A stretch of 26,206 bases of DNA from an uncultured Nitrospiraceae bacterium (GCA_947085205.1 CAMTVO010000041.1:1-26206); one strand, 5' to 3'. Positions 9,563 through 17,395 are shown, counted from the stretch's first letter. The notes: generated from the letters alone by a model not told the origin. Translations and numbers: made by a program.

Positions 9563-10307
9563 TAAAGTTCAGAAGGGAGCCCCCGTAGTTTTCTTTTGAA
9601 AGACTTGCCCCGCACTCCTTGAAATATCTGAGCCAGAAGTTCTGGATAGCAAAGAATCTGTCGCGGTTTTCTGCTGTTGCGCCTGTTACATAGACTTTTA
9701 CATTGATTAAATCAGGGAGCATGTGTTTCTTCTTTTCATTCGTTATGATTTCAGCTATCCTTTTTCCTGTAAGATTCTCCCTTGCAAAATTGTAATCCTT
9801 GGATTCTTCAATCATATCGGACATTATAACCAGTATATACCTGTCTCGTTTATAGCTCTTAAAAACTTTCTCTGCTATATGTAAGGAACTCAAAATGTCT
9901 GTATAGGGGACTTTGACATTTTGAGTTAGAATAGTCTTTTCGACATTATTGATTATTTTGTCTTTTCTCTCCGTGTGCCTTTTCTTGAGCATCTTGTCCT
10001 TAAGCGGGCCTCCTTCAAGAAAAGAAGGCTTCTCAAACTCTTCTTTTACCGGAAGCGTAGATTTAGTGATGGATGCTTCAGCTATTCTGTCTGCGACTAT
10101 AACATCACCCGGATTAATCTTGTTCAGGACAGCCTTGAAGTCTTCAAGATACCGCTTTCTTATCTCTCCTTTTTTTGTGCTGTCCGAAATATCAAAAAGC
10201 ACAAAAACAACCTTACTCTGGTGCTCAGCGCAGTATGCCAGAACCGGGAAGATTATAGCCCCCAGTATAAAGACAATGTAAGGTATCCGCTTCAAAAGAT
10301 TTTTCAT
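9555..10307 (-). CDS. Exported/membrane-anchored vWA-like protein
   Basis: Signal-peptide-like N-terminus (MKNLLKRIPYIVFILGAIIFPVLAYCA); VFVLFDISDS (MIDAS DxSxS), YTDILSSL (MIDAS Thr), LVIMSDMIE (MIDAS Asp). Confidence 0.78.
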   Translation of the reverse strand: MKNLLKRIPYIVFILGAIIFPVLAYCAEHQSKVVFVLFDISDSTKKGEIRKRYLEDFKAVLNKINPGDVIVADRIAEASITKSTLPVKEEFEKPSFLEGGPLKDKMLKKRHTERKDKIINNVEKTILTQNVKVPYTDILSSLHIAEKVFKSYKRDRYILVIMSDMIEESKDYNFARENLTGKRIAEIITNEKKKHMLPDLINVKVYVTGATAENRDRFFAIQNFWLRYFKECGASLSKENYGGSLLNFNE

Positions 10308-11404
10308 TGTTCTTTCCCGCCCGGATGTTGTCCTCCTTCCAGATCATCGGTTATGCCGCAATCCACATCAAGTTCCTGCAATGAATGAGGAATCTCTATA
10401 GGTGGATAGTTTTTAAATGATTTAGGGAGATCGTTCCTGCGTCTCAGATTGTGTGCGCGATATGCTTCTATTACCCTTTTATGTATAGCTGTGATCTCAC
10501 TAACCATAGACTGGTATTTTTCAAAAGTGCGTTCTCTCAGTGCCTCTATCTTGACAAGCACCTCAGCAGCCTCATCCACCCTTTCTTCAGCCTTAATTAC
10601 ATCTCTGCTATCTTTTTGAAGCCTGTTTCTTGCATCTTCAAAATCTTTCCTTGCTCTTTTGAGATTAGGGTGCGGGTCATGGGCAAGATAGGAGGCAGTG
10701 GCAGCTACACCAAAGATGAACAGTTGTATAAAAATGAATACTATTGTGACAGTTGTAGGGTCCATTTGCATGCCCAAGACCTTTTGAAACTCTGACGCTT
10801 CAAAGAACTTTTCTCTCAGGTAAGCGATTGCAACAATCACTCCTACAAACAGCACTGAATTAACACCGGCTATAATGCTACTTTTCTTATTAAATTGTTC
10901 CCTGATAAATATTCCAAGGAAATGCGAAGCCATAGGAAGGGCAATACATAGGGCTGCCGCAAAAAGATAGGTAAGCAGGCGGTTTTCTCCAAGGATATCA
11001 AATACAAAGGCGGTAAGTGGAAATTCGCTTAATCCGATAACTATTATGAGAAACCAATATGCTTTATGGCTGAAGTGCGGATAGGTAGAACTTTCTCGCT
11101 TTTTCTTTAAGGCAGCTTCATAATCCTGAAGCGCTTCGCCGTGTTCGCCCCTCTCTTTATTCAGGTCTTTGAGCGCATCTATATATTCCCTTTTTGCACT
11201 GCAATAGTCTCCTTTTAGTTTTCTGTCTTCGTTATCCCATTTTTGGGCAACACGCCTAATATTCTCATCAGCAATCAGAATAAGCTGCTTTTCGTATGGA
11301 CAGTGATCTTCCTGGTCGACCGTTGGAATGTTCCTTTTGCCGTCTATTCTGCCGTACATCCATGCGCCAAAATATGTGTATGAAATCCAGCTAAGCAATC
11401 CCAT
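10304..11404 (-). CDS. Hypothetical four-TM membrane protein flanked by coiled-coil regions
   Basis: 366 aa; four hydrophobic segments in the middle third, charged helical regions on both sides, C-terminal YRAHNLRRR; GGGAGG RBS; ATGA overlap with the vWA gene. Confidence 0.8.
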   Translation of the reverse strand: MGLLSWISYTYFGAWMYGRIDGKRNIPTVDQEDHCPYEKQLILIADENIRRVAQKWDNEDRKLKGDYCSAKREYIDALKDLNKERGEHGEALQDYEAALKKKRESSTYPHFSHKAYWFLIIVIGLSEFPLTAFVFDILGENRLLTYLFAAALCIALPMASHFLGIFIREQFNKKSSIIAGVNSVLFVGVIVAIAYLREKFFEASEFQKVLGMQMDPTTVTIVFIFIQLFIFGVAATASYLAHDPHPNLKRARKDFEDARNRLQKDSRDVIKAEERVDEAAEVLVKIEALRERTFEKYQSMVSEITAIHKRVIEAYRAHNLRRRNDLPKSFKNYPPIEIPHSLQELDVDCGITDDLEGGQHPGGKEQ

Positions 11405-11575
11405 GTATCCTCCCTTGTCCGGTTATCTTGTATTTTTACCTCGCAAAGCAGGGAACAGCTCTGTTTCCCCGGCTGTTAACTTTATCTTTCCAACCGCCCA
11501 TATTGCTACCACACTGCCTTTCTGAATTACAATGTTTTTTAAACCTGCCCCTTTTACTTCTTATCACAATCAGGG

Positions 11576-12757
11576 TTAACTGTCAATACGTATCTTCCCC
11601 TTCTCAACCCTCACCCCATATCTGCTGTCGGCATATCTTTTAACCGTTGCCACCTGGTAGTAAGGCAGGAGTGTTTCATCGTGGAGTTGTTCCTTTATTG
11701 TCCTGTTGATCTTGCTTATATTTCCCCTGAGGACTTCAGGCTTAATGCCATCTTTCCATTTGCCGGATAACTCTTCGCCCTTCAATGGCTTTCCCCCGTA
11801 GATCTTGTCATAATCCTTTGCCATAGCTTCAAGAGCCGGTTTACTTGCGAGATCTGATAACACAAAGAAGCAGTCTGCGCATTCAAGACAATAGGGCCTG
11901 TCAGGATATTTACAATGTTCAAGTTTTTGCCGCAGAAAGGCCGCATAAATCATTAACTGCACGGGAACCATTTCTATAAGAGTTTCCCCAATATAGATAG
12001 TCCTCGCAAAAAGGTCAACTGTCAATTCAGGCTGGATTGTCGCTGTGTCCCACTCCCGCTGTCCTTCGGAAATAAGTTCCCTGAATCCTTTTCCCTTTAG
12101 TGAAAGTTTATTCCCAAGTCTGATGAGAGGCAGTTCGGCAAGCTGAATCTCTGCGTTATCAGTGTTCAGTTGTTTTATAGAGCCATCGGGACACCGTCTT
12201 TCGATAACCGTGTTTTTCTTTGGTTTGTAAAAGAAGTGCGGGTTTGTCTCAAAGTCGGATGAAACCAGGACATGGTAAAGCCGGTCCCATGGCCGGCCAA
12301 AGAGCTGCAAGGCGCTGCCGATGTAAAAGCTCATTGTCTTCCGCCCGCCAGCCAGCGAACAATGCAGTCTTGCGGATTTATCATGGGCTTTTTCCATGAT
12401 AAGCGATGTGATACAGTCTCCCAGAGCCTCATTCTCGGCTTCATTGCGGATATCATCAAGCTCCTGCCCTGAGGGGTCTTTCACAATGATAAATGAATCT
12501 TCCTTCAGTTCCAAAGCCGGTAGACTGTATTCGTCGGCAAGCGCTTTTAAAATTCCCTTTTCGATCAGAGTTTCTTTAATGCATCTCTTTCCTGTGCTTG
12601 TGGTGATTATATACATTTCATCTGGATGAACTTGCGGATTCTTTTGAGAGAGGGCGTAGATAGTTTCGGTGATTATCTGCGGCGTCGCACCCGCAACAAA
12701 GATAAAGATTTCTCTGAATTCCTGTTTCAGCATGGCGAACCTATAGTGCTCGCACAC
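11576..12757 (-). CDS. NE0113-family CARF protein (often annotated Csm6/Csx14-like) with Cys cluster and winged-helix-like C-terminus
   Basis: GATPQIITETIYAL, LDDIR, SLAGGRKTMS, DRLYHVLVS are NE0113 CARF motifs; C-terminal LRGNISKINRTIK...YGVRV resembles an OmpR-type winged helix; no HEPN R-x4-6-H motif evident in the C-terminal region. Alternative ATG start at 12733. Confidence 0.85.
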   Translation of the reverse strand: MCEHYRFAMLKQEFREIFIFVAGATPQIITETIYALSQKNPQVHPDEMYIITTSTGKRCIKETLIEKGILKALADEYSLPALELKEDSFIIVKDPSGQELDDIRNEAENEALGDCITSLIMEKAHDKSARLHCSLAGGRKTMSFYIGSALQLFGRPWDRLYHVLVSSDFETNPHFFYKPKKNTVIERRCPDGSIKQLNTDNAEIQLAELPLIRLGNKLSLKGKGFRELISEGQREWDTATIQPELTVDLFARTIYIGETLIEMVPVQLMIYAAFLRQKLEHCKYPDRPYCLECADCFFVLSDLASKPALEAMAKDYDKIYGGKPLKGEELSGKWKDGIKPEVLRGNISKINRTIKEQLHDETLLPYYQVATVKRYADSRYGVRVEKGKIRIDS

Positions 12758-12989
12758 CTGTCACATAAAAGCATCGTAATCCCCCCTGCTACGATGGGAT
12801 ACACAGAAAACGTCCTCACTATTAAATAACATCCCCGAACATTTATCAAGTCCGCAAATCTCATCAAGAGTTTTTTTTGCAGACCATCTGTGCCTCGATA
12901 GCTTCTATCGCTTCATCGTAATTCACATTCCCATTTTAGCTAAGCGCGGTCTCATAAGGAAGAAAAGAAATATTTCTGAAATATTTTGT

Positions 12990-13168
12990 ATTCAGCCTTT
13001 ACATATCCGCCGATAGGCAGATTGCAGTATGCCTCATACGGCGTCCTGTCGTCCAGCGATGAATGTGGACGCTCCTCTTTGTCCTGCTCATTACGGTGAA
13101 TCCTCCTTCGCTTGGTCGTATATTTTACCGACTTATACGATTGTCCAGTTTTCGGGGTCCACCTCTCA
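12990..13168 (-). mobile_element. Internally deleted IS3-family remnant
   Basis: Minus strand starts TGAGAGGTGGACCCCGAAAACTGGACA (IS3-type terminal IR), then AAGGAGG RBS and ATG (13091) MSRTKR, joined to a frame encoding ERPHSSLDDRTPYEAY, the IS3 OrfB C-terminal motif. Left boundary approximate. Confidence 0.72.
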
Positions 13169-13771
13169 TTACACTTCAATCTGAAAAGAACGTTTTATAA
13201 AAATATCCATCTGACACCTGCCTCCGCCATTTTGCACAGCATTCAATATCGCTTCGCTTTTCCAGACGATCAGTTTTAACTCTTCAATAATTTTTACCAA
13301 GTCCTTGTCATCCGGCTGCTTATCTTCCATAGCCACCTCAAATTTGTCCAAGAGACGATTGGCTTTTTTAAGCAAGATTAACAGCGGAGAGTCGTCTCCT
13401 TTTGGTTTACTTTCCGGTCGGCCATCCTTTAAAGCAATGTCAGTAAGCATGCCTACAGTTATATCGCCAATCATGGCCTTACCCATGGTCTCAACTGTGT
13501 CCATCGAATGAAAGTTCAAATAAAGTTGCCTGTATTCTGCAATCTTGGACGGAGTGACGAGCTTGCCGCGAGCCTTGAATATGTCCCGCGCCAGCCTTTT
13601 GAAAACGGCCTCCTTATCTTCAATGTGATCCACAATCGTGTTTACCTTTTCACCGATCCTGAGCGCCAGCGATATCTGTTGTTTCTCATGCCGGCTCTCT
13701 TCTTCAAAAAGTGCTATGCATTCTTTTAAAGCATCCACATACTGCAATTCAAAGTCGCTATCAGCTTTCAT
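13169..13771 (-). CDS. Hypothetical protein, N-terminus resembles DUF1016 N-terminal (YhcG-N) domain
   Basis: AGGAGG RBS before ATG 13771 (track start 13813 overlaps the recombinase); LRIGEKV...VFKRLARDIFKARGKLVTPSKIAEYRQLYLNF resembles the DUF1016_N helical pattern. Confidence 0.6.
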   Translation of the reverse strand: MKADSDFELQYVDALKECIALFEEESRHEKQQISLALRIGEKVNTIVDHIEDKEAVFKRLARDIFKARGKLVTPSKIAEYRQLYLNFHSMDTVETMGKAMIGDITVGMLTDIALKDGRPESKPKGDDSPLLILLKKANRLLDKFEVAMEDKQPDDKDLVKIIEELKLIVWKSEAILNAVQNGGGRCQMDIFIKRSFQIEV

Positions 13772-13781
13772 GTCCAACCTC

Positions 13782-15596
13782 CTAAGCAATGAGGACATTG
13801 TCGGCGCCTGCAATGTATTTGATGTTAGACGCCAGAACGATTCTGCACTTGAAAATACGACTCGTATAGAATCTATATCCCGCGGATATAGATTGTATAC
13901 GAGGGTCTCTTTTTCCTATCAAATCCAAAACATAACCTATTGTTTCTTTAATATTTTCTCGTATTTCTACATCTATAAACACCTCCTCCTTGCAATTTAT
14001 TACAATGGTGTCCACGATATAATAAAGGGTCTCTCTCGTAGTTGCCGGGTTAAGAAGTCCGTCTATGATTTTCAGAAAATAGTTTTCCATATCTTTAGCT
14101 GTAAGCAGGTCTGCTATATTCATGCTTTCAACATCGCTGACCCGATAAAGCAATAGTTCGTTTTCCAATTCTGTTTTGCGCTTTTCATTTTCGAGCAGAA
14201 GTCTTTCCACCGTCTCTGTGTTTTCAATAGTAGGACTGGATAAAATGAGATTAGCGATATTATTTAGGCGCTGCTTAACCGTCTCAACCTCTTTTTCTAT
14301 CTCATCTCTCTGCCTGCCTCTAATGGCATCATTCATTATGTCTCCGAGGGAGTAGTGGATTTCCTCTGTTATTAAGGATAAGGTGTTCTTATTTATAAGC
14401 TCCCGGCAGAGTGTCGTAATGATAGCTTCCTCAAGTGCTTCTTTTTTTATCTTGACCGTGTTCGAACAGGCGTTGTTGCCGCTGTTATGATTTCTGGCGC
14501 AGCCGTATTTTGCATATTTGCCGCCTGAGACTATCCCGAAAGTTCCTCCGCAAGCGCCGCATACGGCTATACGGGTGAGAAGATTCTCTGAATACAAATG
14601 CTTTGCTCTGTGATATACACCGTCTGTTTTATCCTTAATCTCTCTCTGACGTTTTTTAACAGCTGCCCATATCTCATCGGAAATAATCCTGAGTTCCGGC
14701 TTTTCGACCACTGCCCATTTATCAGGAGGATTTATAACAGCCTTGGGTTTGCCTGTTTTCGGATTTTTTTTGTATGTGGTCCTGTTCCATACGTATTTGC
14801 CTATATATAGTTCATTATTCAATATCCCTCGGAAGCTTTTTTTGCTGCCGAGTAGTGTGGAAACGCACCAGTGTTTTCCCCTCGGGGGTTTCGGACTATC
14901 TGTCTCGATGAGTTCCCTGTTAAAAAGGTTCACTATGCGTTTGGCAGACCAACCTTTGATGCCGAATAGCGTATAAATTCTTCGCACAACTTCAGCTTCT
15001 TTATTATCTATTTCTATTCTGTAACCATCGGCTTTAGGAGTTCCGTACTTGTCGGTTTTCCCTGAATACTCCGGCTTGGACATGTAGCCGTAATGACTTC
15101 CTCCACCGCTGAACCCTCTTATCACCTGGCTTTCGACGCCGTCATGTGTTCTAACGCTTATTTTTTCCAATAACATTGAGTCGGTCATACCGTGGAGCGC
15201 TATGATCGTTTTTGAATCTGGATTTTTGGTATCAATGTTTTGTGATACGTAATACACATAGATGTTGTTGAATGTGAGATCTTCAAAGACCTCCAGCGCT
15301 TCTCTTGGATTTCTGGCGACACGTGATGTGTCATAGACTAATATGTATTGGAACGGGACATCTTTTTTCTGGGCTACCTCAAGAAGTTTTTTTAGGCCAA
15401 GTCTCGGTGCTATGCTGCTACCTGAAAGTGCTTTATCGTAATATATGTGGTCTTCCATTACGAACCAACCTTTTGATGCGGCAAACTCCTTGAGTATACG
15501 TATTTGGTCCTCAATACTCCGTTCGTTTTGGTTCTCGCTGCTATACCTCGCATAGATGGCGCAAGTGATAAGAATTATTTCTTTTTTGTTTGTCAT
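13782..15596 (-). CDS. Large serine recombinase (resolvase + recombinase + zinc-ribbon domains)
   Basis: AIYARYSSENQ (catalytic Ser), DTSRVARN, YGY, ILNNELYIG, RIISDEIWAAV, CGACG...YGC...C zinc ribbon, coiled coil. Confidence 0.95.
   Translation of the reverse strand: MTNKKEIILITCAIYARYSSENQNERSIEDQIRILKEFAASKGWFVMEDHIYYDKALSGSSIAPRLGLKKLLEVAQKKDVPFQYILVYDTSRVARNPREALEVFEDLTFNNIYVYYVSQNIDTKNPDSKTIIALHGMTDSMLLEKISVRTHDGVESQVIRGFSGGGSHYGYMSKPEYSGKTDKYGTPKADGYRIEIDNKEAEVVRRIYTLFGIKGWSAKRIVNLFNRELIETDSPKPPRGKHWCVSTLLGSKKSFRGILNNELYIGKYVWNRTTYKKNPKTGKPKAVINPPDKWAVVEKPELRIISDEIWAAVKKRQREIKDKTDGVYHRAKHLYSENLLTRIAVCGACGGTFGIVSGGKYAKYGCARNHNSGNNACSNTVKIKKEALEEAIITTLCRELINKNTLSLITEEIHYSLGDIMNDAIRGRQRDEIEKEVETVKQRLNNIANLILSSPTIENTETVERLLLENEKRKTELENELLLYRVSDVESMNIADLLTAKDMENYFLKIIDGLLNPATTRETLYYIVDTIVINCKEEVFIDVEIRENIKETIGYVLDLIGKRDPRIQSISAGYRFYTSRIFKCRIVLASNIKYIAGADNVLIA
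13861..13903. repeat. 43-bp near-perfect palindrome inside the recombinase 3' end
   Basis: CTCGTATAGAATCTATATCC-CGC-GGATATAGATTGTATACGAG: 20-bp arms, one mismatch. Confidence 0.9.
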
Positions 15597-15719
15597 AACC
15601 TGAAATTAACAGATATGAAAAAGGAATAATACAGTTTCGAATCGCTTCGATTCTAAAATGAAAGCTAATATACATGATGATATTGATTTATTGAGATATT
15701 TTCCGTTATATTTTGCAAC

Positions 15720-16916
15720 ATGAAGGAACGATACGGTTGGGATAAGTATAAGAAAGAGGGATTAGCAGAGATGGAGAGGGTCAAGTCTTTTATGGTTTTA
15801 CCCAAAGACGAAGCCATAATAGATTTGGTCGAAAGATATATCAGATTATATAAAGATAAAAAAATTTATAAAAAAGACGACATAAGCGCAGTAATACTTT
15901 ACCAAACCATCGTTGAAGAAACTGCACAAAAAAGAGCCAAGAAATACTTAGAAGCAAAAGTTACTGAATCCAGGGACAAAGACTTGTTGCACCTGCTTGA
16001 GAAAGAATCCGTGAACAAAGCGACAAAGGTTTTCCTTAAAAGTGCTAAAACGGACAAAAAATTGAGAGAGGAACTTGAAAAACCTGCACAAGACAAAGCC
16101 TCTAATCAAGCCAAAAAACTTAGATCGTTTTTAGAAGATTTTTATAATTCAGCGGAAGGGAAGAAATCTGAATATAGACTTTTTTTCGTCTCTGATGAGA
16201 GAGACTATAGGCTTGGGATTAAGAAGGCAGATATATTAGGCAAGACAAATAAAGAAACTGGCACTAAACTCCCAGAGTTTGCACATATTAAAGAAATACT
16301 TCTAAGCTTTTTCAAAATCTATCCTGAAGCATGGGCAATGCCAAAGCGCTTGGTAGCCCGTTCGACTGCATCGAAAACGTTTAATTGGGATACAATAGCT
16401 ATTTTCTTATTGTCTGCAACATTAGTTGTATTAATGTCTCGTTCTTTTTTCAGTAGTTACAAATTTTATGTTGAAACTGCGAACATTCATCCAGTTTTAA
16501 CCAATTTTCTACTCGCACGGCTTGGAAAAATCGAGAGGCCATTTGACAACATCCTTTCCTTTGAGTTGCTTTTTTATATATTCAGATTTGCTGTAATAAC
16601 GACGATAATCCCATGGCTTATATATACAAAAATATTTAAGGGAAGCGCTTCTGTTTATGAAATAATGAACCTCCAATTTTATTTTCTATCATCATGGATT
16701 CCTGTTTTTGTTTGGGTAGGATTTGCTGATATTAAACTGACTTTCCTGAATGCAGACGCAACTCTTTTAAGACTCTTTACGGCTCTACTTGGACTATGGG
16801 TTCTGTATACATACTACAAATGTCTCTATCAATTATCAGGCTTTACTTGGAAAAAGGGCATTTCCCCTTATATAATCTATATCCCTGTCCATTTGTGGTT
16901 CATAACCATACTGTGA
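15720..16916 (+). CDS. Hypothetical membrane protein (charged N-terminal half, about 5 C-terminal TM helices)
   Basis: 398-aa AT-rich ORF; hydrophobic segments start at TIAIFLLSATLVVLM; no family recognised. Confidence 0.7.
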   Translation: MKERYGWDKYKKEGLAEMERVKSFMVLPKDEAIIDLVERYIRLYKDKKIYKKDDISAVILYQTIVEETAQKRAKKYLEAKVTESRDKDLLHLLEKESVNKATKVFLKSAKTDKKLREELEKPAQDKASNQAKKLRSFLEDFYNSAEGKKSEYRLFFVSDERDYRLGIKKADILGKTNKETGTKLPEFAHIKEILLSFFKIYPEAWAMPKRLVARSTASKTFNWDTIAIFLLSATLVVLMSRSFFSSYKFYVETANIHPVLTNFLLARLGKIERPFDNILSFELLFYIFRFAVITTIIPWLIYTKIFKGSASVYEIMNLQFYFLSSWIPVFVWVGFADIKLTFLNADATLLRLFTALLGLWVLYTYYKCLYQLSGFTWKKGISPYIIYIPVHLWFITIL

Positions 16917-17035
16917 AATGAACTGCTCATGGAAGCTAAAGCCCTTGGTAAACTCTGATGTTCAAAAAAGTTTATCCGGATAGAAAACGGATAGATAAAA
17001 CTACAGCTCTATCTATTGAAATCAATAGATAATTT

Positions 17036-17380
17036 TGGTGGAGGCGGCGGGAATCGAACCCGCGTCCGAAAGTACTGCTCTCAAGCTTCTACATGTTTAT
17101 CCTACCTATTTAGTTTCGGATACCGGATTGCCGGCAGGCAGGCCTGCCGGTATCCTATCCCTTAAATTTCCCATCAGAATTAAGGGCATCATCTGATGGC
17201 AGCCTGCTGTCCGACGCTTTCTCCAAGGCACAGGCAACCTTGAAGGAGCGTGCTGCTATTGGTTAAGCAGCGAGTGCCAGTTCGTTGTTGGCGTTTGTGT
17301 TTTTTCCACCTTTTTACGTGGTGATGGAGCCACGACATGCCACTTGAGCCTCATAACCCCCGTCGAGCCCTATCGCCCCC
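17036..17380 (-). ncRNA. ssrA: tmRNA
   Basis: Minus strand 5' GGGGGCGATAGGGCTCGACGGGGG, 3' GGTTCGATTCCCGCCGCCTCCACCA; tag ORF ANNELALAA* at 17292-17263; next to smpB. Confidence 0.97.
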
Positions 17381-17395
17381 GGTTGAGACATTTTT

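Noticed and set aside
11437..11502. Small minus-strand ORF MGGWKDKVNSRGNRAVPCFAR in the intergenic gap
   Set aside because: Only 21 codons, no convincing RBS, no recognisable motif.
11576..12757. Calling this a Csm6 HEPN ribonuclease
   Set aside because: No HEPN motif is evident in the C-terminal region, which looks like a winged helix.
12952..13179. 75-aa ORF as a functional gene
   Set aside because: It runs across the IS3 inverted repeat and the deletion junction; better explained as a relic.
13638..14156. 172-aa plus-strand ORF with a peptide similar to the recombinase tail
   Set aside because: Antisense shadow ORF; the similarity is a by-product of the 13861-13903 palindrome.
12907..15648. 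ATCGCTTC direct repeat bracketing the recombinase module as att cores
   Set aside because: Only 8 bp, and the same word also occurs near 13248 inside a gene, so chance is likely.
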